Source of the DNA: Chiloscyllium plagiosum
Lineage: Eukaryota
NCBI RefSeq assembly: GCF_004010195.1
Contig: NC_057719.1
Location: 91,510,512-91,574,511, forward strand
DNA length: 64,000 bases
Reading direction: 5' to 3'
Both the position numbers and the translations under genes were made by a program. This document shows positions 50,901 through 59,373 of this stretch, piece by piece (within the stretch, counting starts at the first letter, position 1; every line of letters starts with the position of its first letter). The notes below the pieces were generated by a model. It worked only from the letters and a program-made list of their open reading frames with translations, ran no database searches and was not told the origin of the DNA.

Positions 50901-53900
50901 CTTTTCAAACTACAATGTCTTTCACGCTAAAATGAACAATTCCCTGATGAACGCACCTTTCGAGTCTGAAGCGTTTAGTCCAATTATCCTTGTTACCACA
51001 TTCTGTAACCAGCGAGATAAAGTTAGTATCTGCGCTACAGTTTCTGTGTCTTTGCTGAAAGACAATGGATAGGATAATTTATTAAAAAATTCATAAATGG
51101 AGTATTTGAACATTAAAGTTTGAAGAACTTTGCTATAAAAGGTCAATATTTTGCAACAGTGAAATTGTTGTTTTGGTAATTTGTTATTCACATACCAGTT
51201 CTTACAACTCATAGCTACACGGTTCATCAACACTCAAGCAAATGAAATCAGATATGCAATTAAATTGCCGGATGTGTATTACCTGTCCAAATTGTGAGCC
51301 TGCTGCGGAATAACTGGCAAGACAGTGTTACACAGAGCTTTGCACAATGGGCAGAGAAACTCTCCAGTCTCCAGATCAAATGGTAGTTCAGCGTGGAGCC
51401 TGTTACGTGTTGAATTCTGCACAGCTTCAAAATATCTGCAGATTGAGAAAGGGGTTGGAAGGAAATAAAACTAAGATGATATCTGGGATATCTGAAAGTG
51501 GTTTCAAACAGAACTCCTAACTGAAAGTGAATAGCTAGTTTAAACATATCAAAACATCAGAGATCAAGCCCCACTACTCCTGGCCTAAGCAGGACATCAA
51601 TTTTAGCAAATGACCAAATCAGTATTTGAGAGTTGATGACAACTGTTGTCTGGAATGAGGTTATAATGCTCAAGTACATCATTTTAACTAGATCGCATCC
51701 CTCAGAAGATTCTGCAGGTCAACAGGTTTCTGAACCTATTCCAGATCCAGGTCACAGAATCATACAGCTATGTGATCCATCACCCCACCTTCCTTTGAGA
51801 CAGCTGTTTAATTGTTCTCCTTCCCTACAGCATTGTCATTTTCACTGCTCAAATATTTAATGAATTTGCTTTCAAAAGTGACTACTGAATCTGCTTCCAC
51901 TCACCCTTCAGTGGATTTTGCATTACAACAACTAGCTGATAATGAAAAGGGAATGTCTCATCTTCCCTCTGATTCTTTCGCCAACCACCTTATACCTGCA
52001 CCCTTTGATTAACTGTCCTCGTTAGTGGAATTGTCCACTCTATTCAATCAATTTTCTCTCCGTTTTATGGCAAAGTAACACAATTGTTTTGCCAAATCCA
52101 ACTTCCAATCCAATTTAGCTTGATTGCTTGGATTGCAGACTTTGAATTAGTTACATTCCTCAGAGACTGGTGGAGAGAGTGGAAAACATTTTTTTGAATT
52201 TGTTCCTGGGACTTTGACCCGTTTGACAATAAAGGAACAGTAAAATATTTCCAAGTCGGGTCAATGTGCAACCTAGAGGGAAACCTGCAGGTGGTGATGA
52301 TGTTTGAAAGCACCTGCTGCCCATGTCCTTGGTGGTAGAGGACACAGGTTTGAGATGAGGCCTTGTTCAGTTGCTATGGTGTCCTATTATGTTGTTATTG
52401 CCTGCATGAACCATGACAACTGGATCCTTTCCCTCCCACTCCATATTCCTCTCCAGCCAAGAAAAGATACCCTGAACCTTGGCATCAGATGGGCAACAGG
52501 GTTTGTCTTAACACAAACAAACAGTCAACATGGTTTTGTGAAAGGGAAATTCTTTTTGATAAATTTCTTTGAGGAAATAACAAGCAAAGTTGGTAAAGGG
52601 GAACTGGTAGATGTAGTGCATTTGGATTTCCAGAAGGCATTCAAGGTGCCAAGAAACTAAACAAGTATTTTACATCAGTGTTTACTGTGAAGAATATGGA
52701 AGACACAGAACTTGGGGAAATAAATAATGGCATCTTGAAAAATATCTATATTACAGAGGTGGTGGTGCTGGATGTCTTAAAACGCAAAAAGATGGATAAA
52801 TCACTGGGACTTGATCAGGTGTACCCTAGAACTCTGTGGGAAACTAAGGAAGTGATTGCTGGGCCTTTGGCTGAGATATTTGTATCATTGATAGTCACAG
52901 ATGAGGTGCTGGAAGACTGCAGGTTGGTTAACCTGGTGCCACTATTTAAGAAAGGTAGTAAGGAAAAGCAAGGGAGCTATAGACCAACGAGTTTGACATC
53001 CATGGTGAGCAAGTTGTTGGAGAATCCTGAGAGACATATATTTGCAAGGACTGATTAGGAATAGTCAACACGGCTTTGTGCATGGAAAATCATGCCTCAC
53101 TAACTTGATTGAGTTTTTTGAAGTAACAAAGAGGATTGATGATGGCAGAATGGCAGACATAACTTACATGGACTTTAGTAAGGCGTTTGACAAGGTTCTG
53201 CAAGGTAGACTGGTGAGCAAGGTTAGATCAAATGGAATACAGGGAGAACTAGCCATTTAGAATTCAAAGTGACTCGAAGATAGAGGGTGTTGGTAGAGGG
53301 TTCATTTTCAGACTGGAGGCCTGTGAACAGTGGTGTGCCACAAGGATTGGTTCTGGGTCCACTGCTTTTCGTCATTTATATAAATGATTTGGATGTGAAC
53401 ATATGGTTAGTAAGTTTGCAGATGATGCCAAAATTGGTGGTATAATGGACAGCAAAGGAGGTTACCCCAGTACGAAGGCATGGTGGCTAGCACTACTGCC
53501 TCACAGTGCCAGGGACCCGGGTTCAATTCCAGCCTCTGGCGACTGTCTGTGTGGAGCTTGCACATTCTCCCCATGTCTGCATGGGTTTCCTCCGGGTGCT
53601 CCGGTTTCCTCCCACAATCCAAAGATGTGTAGGTCAGTTGAATTGGCCATGCTAAATTGTCCCAAGGTGTTCAGAGATTTGTACGTTAGGTGCATTAATC
53701 AGGGGTAAATGTAAGGGAAAGGGTCTGGGTGGGTTACTCTTCAGAGGGTCAGTGTGGACGGGTTGGGATGAAGGGCCTGTTTCCACACTGTAGAGATTCT
53801 ATGATTGGATCTCAATCTGATGGACCAAATGGGCTGAGGAGTGGCAGGTGGAATTTAATTTTGATAAATGTGGAGTGCTGCATTTTGGAAAGCCTAATCA

Positions 53901-56900
53901 GGGCAGGACTTAAACACTTAATGGTAAGCTCGTGCACAGTGTTGCTGAACAAAGAGACTTTGGAATCTTGGCTCGTAGTTCCTTGAAAGTGAATTTGCAG
54001 GTAGATAAAGTGAAGGTGGCATTTGGTATGCCAGCCTTTATTGGTCAGTGCATTGAGTGTAGGAGTGGGAAGGCTGTACAGGACATTGATTTAGTCCACT
54101 TTTGGAATACTGCATGCAATTCAGGTCTCCCTGCTCTGGGAAAGATGTTGTGAAACAAGACAGAGTTCAAAAAGATTTACAAGGATGTTGCCAGGGATAC
54201 CAGGTTTGAGCTACAGGGAGATGCTGAATTGACTAAGGTTATTTTCCCTGGAGCGTCGGAGGCTGAGGGATGACCTTATAGAGGTTTATAAAATCATGAG
54301 GGGCATAAATAGGGTATTAGACAGGTTTTTTTCCCTAGGGTGGGGAAATCCAAAACTAGAGGGCACAGGTTTAAGTGAGAGGGCAGATCACAAGTTCTTG
54401 AAGATGGAGGTTGAGGGCTATGATGAGCCAGCATAGAGTCATAGAGATGTACAGTATGGAAGCAGACTATTCGGTCCAACCTGCCTATGCCGACCAGACG
54501 TCCCAACCCAATCTTGTCCCACCTGCCAGCACACGGCCCGTATCCCTCCAAACCCTTCCTGTTCATATGCCCATCCAAATGCCTTTTAAATAGTGCAATT
54601 GTACCAGCCTCCACCACTTCCTCTGGCAGCTCATTCCATACACATACCACCCTCTGCGTGAAAAAGTTGCCCCTTAGGTCTCTTTTATATCTTTCCCCTC
54701 TCACCCTAAACCTATGCCCTCTAGTTCTGGACTCCCCAACCCCAGGGAAAAGATTTTGTCTATTTATCCTATCCATGCCCCTCATAACTTTGTAAACCTG
54801 TATAAGGTCACCCCTCAGCCTCCGACATTCTAGGGAAAACAGCACCAGCCTGTTCAACTTCTCCCTATAGCTCAAATCCTCCAACCCTGGCAACATCCTT
54901 GTAAATCTTTTCTGAACCCTTTCAAGTTTCACAACATCTTTCCGATAGGAAGGAGACCAGAATTGCACGCAATATTCCAACAGTGACCTAACCAATATCC
55001 TGTACAGCTGCAACATGACCTCCCAACTCCTGTACTCAATACTCTGACCAAAAATGTAAAGTATACCAAGCCCCTCTTCATTATCCTATCTACCTGCAAA
55101 TCCACTTTCAAGGAGCTATGAACCTTCATTTCAAGGTCTCTTTGTTCAACAACACTCCCTTGGACCTTACCATTAAGTGTATAAGTCCTGCTAAGATTTG
55201 CTTTCCCAAAATGCAGCACCTTGCATTTATCTGAATTAAACTCCATCTACCAATTCTCAGCCCACTGGCCCAGATCCTGTTGTAATCTGAGGTAACCCTC
55301 TTCGCTGTCCACTACATCTCCAATTTCGGTGTCATCTGCAAACTTACTAACTGTACCTCTTATGCTCGAATCCAAATCATTTATGTAAATGACAAAAAGT
55401 AGAGCACTCAGCACCGATCCTTGTGGTCACAGGCCTCCAGTCTGAAAAACAACCCTCCACCACCACCCTCTGTCTTCTACCTTTGAGCCAGTTCTCTGTA
55501 TCCAAATGGCTAGTTCTCCCGGTACTCCATGAGATCTAACCTTGCTAATCAGTCTCCCATGGGGAACCTTGTTGAACGCCTTACTGAAGTCCATATAGAT
55601 CACATCTACTGCTCTGCCCTCATCAATCTTCTTTGTTACTTCTTCAAAAAACTCAATCAAGTTTGTGAGACATGATTTCCCACGCGCAAAGCCATGTTGA
55701 CTATCCCGAATCAGTCCTTGCCTTTCCAAATACATGTACATCCTGTCCCTCTTCTCTAGCTTCCCACAGAGTTCTCCGGTACACCTGATCCGGTCCTGGG
55801 GATTTATCCACCTTTAACCGTTTCAAGACATCCAGCAGTTCCTCCTCTGTAATCTGGACATTTTGCAAGATGTCACCATCTATTTCCCTACAGTCTACAT
55901 CTTCCATATCCTTTTCCACAGTAAATACTGATGCAAAATATTCATTTAGTATCTCCCCCATTTTCTGTGGCTCCACATAAAAGCATGAAAGACACATTAT
56001 AGCTGCTCTGCCCAGGATCAATCTTGCTGAATGATGGGGCAGACTGGAGGGCATGAATGACCTACTTGAGCCTTAATTTGTTATGTCCTTATGTTTGTTC
56101 TCTTGCTGGACACTGGCTTGCTACTGTACAGTCTGAATGTCACCTGCTGCCTATCAGCCCAAACATGGATCCAGTCAAAGATCGCTTCAATTTTTTAATG
56201 AGTTGCAAATAGAACTAAACAGGAAGCATCCCCAATTCTGACCTTATCATGGAGGGATGATTGTTCATGAGGAAGCAGAAGTTGCTTGGACTAAGATCAC
56301 AGTTTTTAGGAACTCCGACAGTGATGCCTTGGGGATAAAACGATTAGCCTCCATACATCAAATCAAATCGCCTTCCTTTGGTGCTAGGTACGATTCTATC
56401 CAACGGACAGGCAGCATCTGGTTATAAACTTGGGGAATTCCCATACAAGGACATTCTGTGCCTCATTGTTGTTTGTGTTTCTTCCAAGTTTGACACAACA
56501 GTACAACTTTGAGGGAAGGTGGTAGGTGGTTACCAGCAAGTGGTTTTGTTTTCCATTTTAGAACTGGTGATCTGAGACCTTCACGGAATCTGGAGTCAAA
56601 ATTGAGGACTCTCAGGTAAACATCGTCCAGACTTTACACCACTGTACCAGGACCTTGGTGGGCTTGCTGTTTGTGGGACAATGCATACCCAGTGATCGTA
56701 ATAGCGGAGTAAAGAAAGTATGGTGAAAGCATGATTCAGAGAGCTTGAACATATTGGATTCAGTCTGTACTACAGTTCTCCCAACTTTGGCCAGATGAAG
56801 ATGACTTTGAAAGTGAAATAAAAATATGAGAAAGTTGAAGAATGAAAAGTAGTAGAACAGGTTACAGTAAGATACTGAGGACAAAGAGAGACAGACAGAC

Positions 56901-59373
56901 AGAAGGCAGGGAGGCAGACTGGCAGTTGGAAGGCAAGGGCCACAGAGATACAGCAAGTGAAGTTGGAGGCAGGGTTTGACAGAGGCTGAGGGTGCTGGGT
57001 GCAGGGTGACAGACAGCAAGCATACTGGGTGGAATTGGTCGCAGACAGTGAAGTGACAAAAGGTGAAGAGATGGGAGAGGGGGCGATGGAAGGACAGGAG
57101 AATGTGACAGTCAGAGAGAGCGCATGGGTGACAGCAAGATGCCAGACAGCAAGCAAAACAGTGCTGTGTCATCCTTGGCACACAGGCAGAGAGAAATAAT
57201 TCTCTACATTACTACTAAAAAACGCATCACAGAATAAAAGAATTGTTAGAGTTGGAGGCCATTTGAAACTTGGTCTCTGAATGAACATTATGACTTTGTG
57301 TCATTCCCCTGCCTTTTCCTCATACTCTTGCACATTGATTATTTAACAGATACACTGAATGCCCTGTTGAATGCCTCAGTTGAACCTGTTCCCACATCAA
57401 TTCCAGGCTATGTTGTCAGGAAGGGAGTTTTGACTGCGGAACCACGAAAGAACATACTTCCAAGTCAGGGCGGTGTGTGGCTTGGAGGAAGACTTGCAGA
57501 TTTTGGGATTCTCTTTTGATGTTAGCTGCCACTACCTTTTTCATAATTCTTCTTCACTTCTACTATTTGTTTTTCACCTCCCTTCCAAACTTTCTGTATT
57601 CAACTTAGTTCTTAATTACATTTTCTACCTGACATGAAGAGGGATTCCTTCGTTTGTTAACTGCACCCTCAACAAATTTAATCTAATTTCTTTTGTGTGT
57701 TTAGAGTAGGGTGGTGCTTAACAGCAACATCGCTGAACTAATAATCCAGAGTGCCTGGCTCATGGCCGGAATTTATTGCCCATCCTTATATGCTTTTGAA
57801 CTTAGTGGTTTGCTAGGCTATTTCAGAGAGTAGTTGAGAGTGATCATATTGCTATGGGTCTGGAGTCACATGTAGGCCAGACCAGGTGAGGATGGCAGAC
57901 TTCCTTCCCTGAAGGACATGAACGAACCGATGAGTTTTTCCAATAATTGTTGGAAAAACAATGATTTTATGGTCATCAGCAGATTCACAAAACCAGATCA
58001 TTACTGAATTTGAATTCCACCATCTGCCATGACAAGATTTGAACCTGAATTTCTGGATTAATAGTCTAGTGATAATACCACTGGGCTATCACCTCTCCTC
58101 TTAAAAAAAAAAGTTAACAGTGACCATGTAACCATTGTCAATTGTAATAAGATTACGTCTGGTTCTCCAATGTCCTTTAGAGAAGGAAATCGACTGTCCT
58201 CACCTGGCCGAGCTTCCACATGGCACAAGACCCACAGCAATGTGGTTGATTCAAGAGCTCTCTGAAATGGCCTGGGAAGTTAATTAGCTCAACAGCGACT
58301 AGGGACGCACAACAAATGCTAGCCTTGCCAGTGATGCCCACGTTTGTACAAAAATAAATGTAAGAGGTTGCTTTTGTGGGAAACAACACTGCTCGAAGGG
58401 CCACGAACAAAATCAGAGTGTGGCTTTTAAACTTGTATCCAGTAGCAACATAAATGTAAGTAAGGTCCCCAGGTCCAAAGTAGTTAGAGTACATTGGGGG
58501 AGAAATCCTCGAGAGTAAGCTTCAAACTGGTCACTGGATTTGCAATTTTGTACAGATCTACTTCTGTGTTTTAAATTGACCTTATGTACTTCACTGACCT
58601 ATCCCTTTGTTGTGCTCTATATACCTAATTTCAGCACTTCCTTTAATTTTCTAGCAGGAGGTTATTTTTAACCATGCTCAAATTACTAACTAACTACCAA
58701 ATTATAGCAAATCATTGGCAATGAAGACTATTGGCTTTTCACAGATAATGGCCCGAAGCTAGAGCAAAGACAGCTTATGGTCTGCAACGGTTTAAAACAG
58801 TGTCAGCTTTTGAAGATGTTCAAGAGCTGCACAGCCTTCACACCACTGAGTGTGTTTCACCAACAGTGTGATGTCATGGGTCCAACTGCTCATGTGCAGA
58901 TGGATCAGAGTGGAAATTTTTAATGATTTGGAGATGCCGGTGTTGGACTGGGGTGTACAAAGTTTAAAAATCACACAACACCAGGTTATAGTCCAACAGG
59001 TTTATTTGGAAGTACTAGCTTTCGGAGCATTGCTCTGTTGCGTGTACAACCACCTGATGAAGGAGCAGTGCTCTGAAAGCTCGTGCTTCCAATAAATCTG
59101 TTGAAATTTTTAATGGCAGTGCCCTAACTTCTGCAGTGAAACAAATATCCTAGACGTCAAAATTACTTCAGTGTCTAGTTAATATGGTGAGTATTCATTG
59201 TCAGCAAACCAAATTACACATCAAGCACCACTGAAGAACAAATGATAAACAAATACTGTACACTCACATATTAACTTACTTCTGCCAGCAGCTGGCATGC
59301 ATCACATGGCCACAGCTTCCTACATGCGTACCACAGCCTAGGTCAGGGTGCATGATTAGCGGGTCACAGTCAT
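1626..59373 (-). CDS. UBR1: E3 ubiquitin-protein ligase UBR1 (N-recognin 1), partial: 15 internal exons
   Basis: 15 AG/GT(GC)-bounded exons join with consistent phases into one stop-free frame (1594 nt). Contains RING-H2 ligands [12 protein letters not shown]...FLCPLCK and C-terminal [16 protein letters not shown]...[13 protein letters not shown]. The peptides [11 protein letters not shown] and [10 protein letters not shown] resemble vertebrate UBR1 more than UBR2 as I recall them. Confidence 0.93.
2164..2530 (+). mobile_element. tRNA-headed SINE, family 2 (not HE1)
   Basis: A/B-box-like head; body ctggttcactaatgtcctttaatgaaggaa is shared with copies at about 14525, 20612, 25995, 57765, 58117 and 62400. 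Confidence 0.7.
2886..2923 (+). repeat. (GCAGGA)n hexanucleotide microsatellite
   Basis: About 6 tandem units. Confidence 0.9.
3143..3220 (-). CDS. UBR1: UBR1 exon, 78 nt: [26 protein letters not shown]
   Basis: Acceptor tttctttcttcaaag, donor gtgagt; LPEDYS motif. Confidence 0.95.
4285..4389 (+). repeat. 16-bp minisatellite (GAGCGCGAGACAGAGA), about 6 units
   Basis: Direct reading; one unit has extra GA dinucleotides. Confidence 0.9.
5078..5369 (+). mobile_element. HE1-type tRNA-derived V-SINE
   Basis: Head ggcagcacggtggctcagtggttagc, V-domain gggtttcctctgggtgctccggtttcctcccac, CR1-like tail ggcctgtttccacactgt. Confidence 0.88.
5734..5790 (-). CDS. UBR1: UBR1 exon, 57 nt: [19 protein letters not shown]
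   Basis: Acceptor tttttcttttgcag, donor gttagt; phase 2 to 2. Confidence 0.9.
6990..7388 (+). mobile_element. CR1-clade LINE 3' end
   Basis: [20 protein letters not shown] peptide; tail ggcctgtactgcgctgttgtgttctatg. Confidence 0.85.
7715..7823 (-). CDS. UBR1: UBR1 exon, 109 nt: [37 protein letters not shown]
   Basis: Acceptor tttttcttcccag, donor gtaagt. Confidence 0.95.
9721..10155 (+). mobile_element. 5'-truncated L1-clade LINE 3' end
   Basis: Decayed ORF2 end ([18 protein letters not shown]), T-rich 3' UTR, AATAAA; flanked by AAATCCCCCTTCA (9708-9720) and AAATTCCCCTTCA (10156-10168). Confidence 0.6.
10306..10439 (-). CDS. UBR1: UBR1 exon, 134 nt: [44 protein letters not shown]
   Basis: Acceptor ttgtcaacag, donor gtaagt; conserved [10 protein letters not shown] motif. 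Confidence 0.95.
10493..10805 (-). mobile_element. HE1-type SINE, young full-length copy
   Basis: Full head to (TCTAA)n tail; direct repeat CGCCCACTTT at 10483-10492 and 10801-10810. Confidence 0.92.
11260..11420 (+). mobile_element. Degenerate tRNA-derived SINE, third type
   Basis: Head tcagttagctggatg...ggttcaattc (B box); single copy in the window. Confidence 0.4.
12040..13260 (+). mobile_element. Old L2-clade LINE RT fragment with 3' end
   Basis: [58 protein letters not shown]; related 3' ends near 4800-5070 and 15030-15260. Confidence 0.7.
13429..13516 (-). CDS. UBR1: UBR1 exon, 88 nt: [30 protein letters not shown]
   Basis: Acceptor ttattcctgagcag, donor gtatga; phases 1 and 2 match neighbours. 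Confidence 0.9.
13569..13778. mobile_element. Possible Tc1/mariner (Tigger-like) MITE remnant
   Basis: TA-CAGTTTGTTTCGATATAATGTG at the left end and a degenerate inverted end CATGTTAC-ACCAACTA-TA. Confidence 0.4.
14100..14502 (+). mobile_element. Degenerate Penelope-like 3' terminus (family A)
   Basis: Ends ccgacgaaggagc...aataaacctgttggac, a decayed version of the hammerhead terminus at 17949 and 59051. Confidence 0.55.
14525..14812 (-). mobile_element. tRNA-headed family 2 element (5' head)
   Basis: B box gggttcaaatccc on the minus strand; body shared with the 2164 and 62400 copies. Confidence 0.65.
16312..16462 (-). CDS. UBR1: UBR1 exon, 151 nt: [50 protein letters not shown]
   Basis: Acceptor tgatttcag, donor gtgagc. 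Confidence 0.95.
16665..17166 (+). mobile_element. Young CR1-clade LINE 3' fragment
   Basis: Open ORF2 C-terminus ([27 protein letters not shown]...), (TTCTATG)n tail. Confidence 0.92.
17364..17705 (-). mobile_element. CR1-clade LINE 3' end
   Basis: [10 protein letters not shown]...RTRGHRFR peptide; tail ctctatgactct. Confidence 0.88.
17949..17983 (-). ncRNA. Minimal hammerhead ribozyme motif (PLE family A)
   Basis: UAC CUGACGA A GGAGC-AGC-CCUCC GAAA GCUA GUG: core boxes, stem II, AGCU palindrome, CUA triplet. Confidence 0.65.
18515..18862 (+). repeat. Perfect (TGAG)n microsatellite, about 87 units, flanked by (GA)n
   Basis: Direct reading; produces the spurious LTHS-repeat ORFs. Confidence 0.97.
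20300..21232 (+). mobile_element. Old RTE-clade LINE fragment, interrupted by a SINE at 20612-20915; 3' end resumes near 26800-26995
   Basis: [28 protein letters not shown] peptides typical of RTE ORF C-terminal regions. Confidence 0.6.
20612..20915 (+). mobile_element. tRNA-headed SINE, family 2
   Basis: Head ggaggcattagcagtg...ggttcaaaac, body homologous to the 2164 copy. Confidence 0.6.
21936..22746 (+). mobile_element. Solo LTR-like element with eroded 5' end
   Basis: Ends ...CATCATAACA; internal aaactcggccaattaattta resembles the LTR at 34610; interrupts a CR1. Confidence 0.5.
23231..23475 (-). mobile_element. 245-bp Penelope-like 3' module (family C)
   Basis: Exact TSD AGAACTTCAT (23221-23230, 23476-23485); encodes the GIY-YIG tail [21 protein letters not shown]. 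Confidence 0.85.
23268..23307 (-). ncRNA. Minimal hammerhead ribozyme motif (PLE family C), core intact
   Basis: GCA CUGAUGA U GUCGCCU-AGCC-AGGGGAC GAAA CGUU UGC: stem I GCA/UGC, stem II, ACGU palindrome, GUU triplet. Confidence 0.72.
24678..25505 (+). mobile_element. CR1-clade LINE 3' part
   Basis: [27 protein letters not shown] peptide and CR1 tail. Confidence 0.82.
25995..26332 (-). mobile_element. tRNA-headed SINE, family 2, full length
   Basis: A box TGGCCTAGTAA, B box GTTCAAACC, tail ...gataccaaaatctcgtgaatgaataaaaaa. Confidence 0.75.
27767..27834 (-). CDS. UBR1: UBR1 exon, 68 nt: [23 protein letters not shown]
   Basis: Acceptor gttttcgtttctag, donor gtatgt. Confidence 0.92.
28650..29134 (+). 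repeat. Tandem duplication of an old CR1 tail (252 + 233 bp)
   Basis: Units 28650-28901 and 28902-29134 differ by about 3 substitutions and one 19-bp deletion. Confidence 0.95.
29977..30073 (-). CDS. UBR1: UBR1 exon, 97 nt: [32 protein letters not shown] (GC donor)
   Basis: Acceptor tttctaattgcag; donor CAG|gcaagt is required to keep frame with the next exon. Confidence 0.9.
30570..30775. mobile_element. Fold-back PLE terminus module (family B), decayed hammerhead at 30679-30714
   Basis: Inverted arms; AGUC CUGAUGA A GGGU-UCUG-ACCC aAAA CaUU GACU. Confidence 0.65.
31271..32428 (+). mobile_element. CR1-clade LINE, 3' 1.15 kb
   Basis: [32 protein letters not shown]; tail gttctatgttcta. Confidence 0.92.
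32995..33163. mobile_element. 169-bp fold-back PLE terminus module (family B)
   Basis: TSD TACAATCAGCA (32984-32994, 33164-33174); inverted arms gtgtggtgctggaaa / ttttccagcaccacac; decayed hammerhead on the minus strand at about 33058-33086. Confidence 0.75.
34610..35323 (+). mobile_element. Solo LTR, 714 bp
   Basis: TGTTAT...GTAACA termini, 4-bp TSD GAAG (34606-34609, 35324-35327); second family member at 1-353. Confidence 0.85.
36205..36590 (-). mobile_element. CR1-clade LINE 3' end
   Basis: [20 protein letters not shown] peptide; same family as 6990, 31271 and 40212. Confidence 0.85.
36952..37007 (-). CDS. UBR1: UBR1 exon, 56 nt: [19 protein letters not shown]
   Basis: Acceptor ctttccccctcctgcag, donor gtagaa; phase 1 to 0. 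Confidence 0.92.
37163..37186 (+). repeat. (GT)n microsatellite
   Basis: About 12 units. Confidence 0.9.
38567..38606 (-). ncRNA. Minimal hammerhead ribozyme motif (PLE family C), stem III mutated
   Basis: UCA CUGAAGA U GUUAC-CUAGUAUA-GUGAC GAAA GGUC UGA. Confidence 0.6.
39356..39630 (+). mobile_element. HE1-type SINE, 5'-truncated, nested in the PLE RT
   Basis: TSD ATTTTC (39350-39355, 39630-39635); removing it restores [16 protein letters not shown]. Confidence 0.9.
40212..40901 (+). mobile_element. CR1-clade LINE 3' part
   Basis: Homologous to 31730-32428. Confidence 0.88.
40922..41277 (+). mobile_element. HE1-type SINE, (ATTCTATG) tail subfamily
   Basis: Full head, V-domain and tail; inserted into a PLE family A terminus (ggactat^aac). 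Confidence 0.88.
41403..41729 (-). mobile_element. HE1-type SINE, inverted partner of 40922
   Basis: Reverse-complement HE1 with the same tail/flank junction as the 40922 copy. Confidence 0.85.
41984..42132 (-). CDS. UBR1: UBR1 exon, 149 nt: [49 protein letters not shown]
   Basis: Acceptor cacttatgcag, donor gtatcc; lies within ORF 41940..42146. Confidence 0.95.
42262..42556 (-). mobile_element. HE1-type SINE (older)
   Basis: ggaaactggagcacccagaggaaatcc...gaggcagcagtgctaaccac. Confidence 0.82.
42975..44395 (-). mobile_element. CR1-clade LINE, 3' 1.4 kb
   Basis: [38 protein letters not shown]. Confidence 0.88.
44488..44578 (-). CDS. UBR1: UBR1 exon, 91 nt: [31 protein letters not shown]
   Basis: Acceptor tttttctcttcccag, donor gtgcgt; EFxSILSFGV motif. 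Confidence 0.92.
45378..45765. other. Assembly gap (N run)
   Basis: 388 N. Confidence 1.
45819..45854 (-). ncRNA. Minimal hammerhead ribozyme motif (family B), left palindrome arm
   Basis: Exact reverse complement of 46062-46097. Confidence 0.7.
46062..46097 (+). ncRNA. Minimal hammerhead ribozyme motif (family B), core intact
   Basis: AUUC CUGAAGA A GGGC-UUAU-GCCC GAAA CGUC GAUU: perfect stem II, ACGU palindrome, GUC triplet. Confidence 0.72.
46566..46735 (-). mobile_element. LINE 3' end sharing its tail with SINE family 2
   Basis: SKSWSSLP...[15 protein letters not shown] then ggcaataaatgct...cccacatcctatgagaatg. Confidence 0.6.
46858..46942 (-). mobile_element. 85-bp PLE terminus module (family B)
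   Basis: Exact TSD AGATATGGGGT (46847-46857, 46943-46953); hammerhead core CUGAUGA AGGGCC GAAACGUC with collapsed stem II. Confidence 0.8.
47097..49828 (+). mobile_element. Near-complete CR1 ORF2 (APE endonuclease + RT), frameshifted, spanning a gap
   Basis: [34 protein letters not shown] (APE); [22 protein letters not shown] (RT); ttctatgttcta tail. Confidence 0.93.
48710..49244. other. Assembly gap (N run)
   Basis: 535 N. Confidence 1.
49835..50445 (-). mobile_element. CR1-clade LINE 3' part
   Basis: Homologous to 54520-55150. Confidence 0.85.
50957..51054 (-). CDS. UBR1: UBR1 exon, 98 nt: [32 protein letters not shown]
   Basis: Acceptor ttgtctttcag, donor gtgcgt; lies within ORF 50922..51233; phases match neighbours. 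Confidence 0.92.
51283..51435 (-). CDS. UBR1: UBR1 exon, 153 nt: [51 protein letters not shown]
   Basis: Acceptor ctcaatctgcag, donor gtaata; final RING CPLC pair. Confidence 0.95.
52638..54385 (+). mobile_element. CR1-clade LINE RT region with nested HE1
   Basis: [46 protein letters not shown]. Confidence 0.9.
53477..53805 (+). mobile_element. HE1-type SINE nested in CR1
   Basis: V-domain and tail ggcctgtttccacactgtagagattctatg. Confidence 0.87.
54434..55980 (-). mobile_element. CR1-clade LINE, 3' 1.55 kb
   Basis: ORFs 54294..55016, 54929..55246, 55427..55741 and 55701..56054 are frameshifted ORF2 pieces. Confidence 0.93.
57710..58350. mobile_element. Two family 2 SINEs: a minus copy (about 57765-58097) apparently inside a plus copy (about 57710-57765 and 58110-58350)
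   Basis: Both orientations of the gtcctttagggaaggaaat...cccacagcaatgtggttga-type body. Confidence 0.65.
58926..59102. mobile_element. 177-bp fold-back PLE terminus module (family A)
   Basis: Exact 13-bp TSD GAAATTTTTAATG (58913-58925, 59103-59115); inverted arms. Confidence 0.85.
59051..59085 (+). ncRNA. Minimal hammerhead ribozyme motif (family A), core intact
   Basis: CAC CUGAUGA A GGAGC-AGU-GCUCU GAAA GCUC GUG: stem I CAC/GUG, AGCU palindrome, CUC triplet. Confidence 0.72.
59280..59373 (-). CDS. UBR1: UBR1 exon, 94 nt: [31 protein letters not shown] (RING-H2)
   Basis: Acceptor ttgttcactttag, donor gtaagt; C-x-H-x2-H-x2-C zinc ligands. Confidence 0.95.

Noticed and set aside
56612..57181. 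189-aa Cys/Leu-rich ORF on the UBR1 strand
   Set aside because: Low-complexity pyrimidine-rich sequence; not needed for the UBR1 frame, as exons 59280 and 51435 join directly
1626..59373. Assignment to UBR2
   Set aside because: Diagnostic peptides ([29 protein letters not shown]) fit UBR1 better as recalled; a phylogeny or synteny check would settle it
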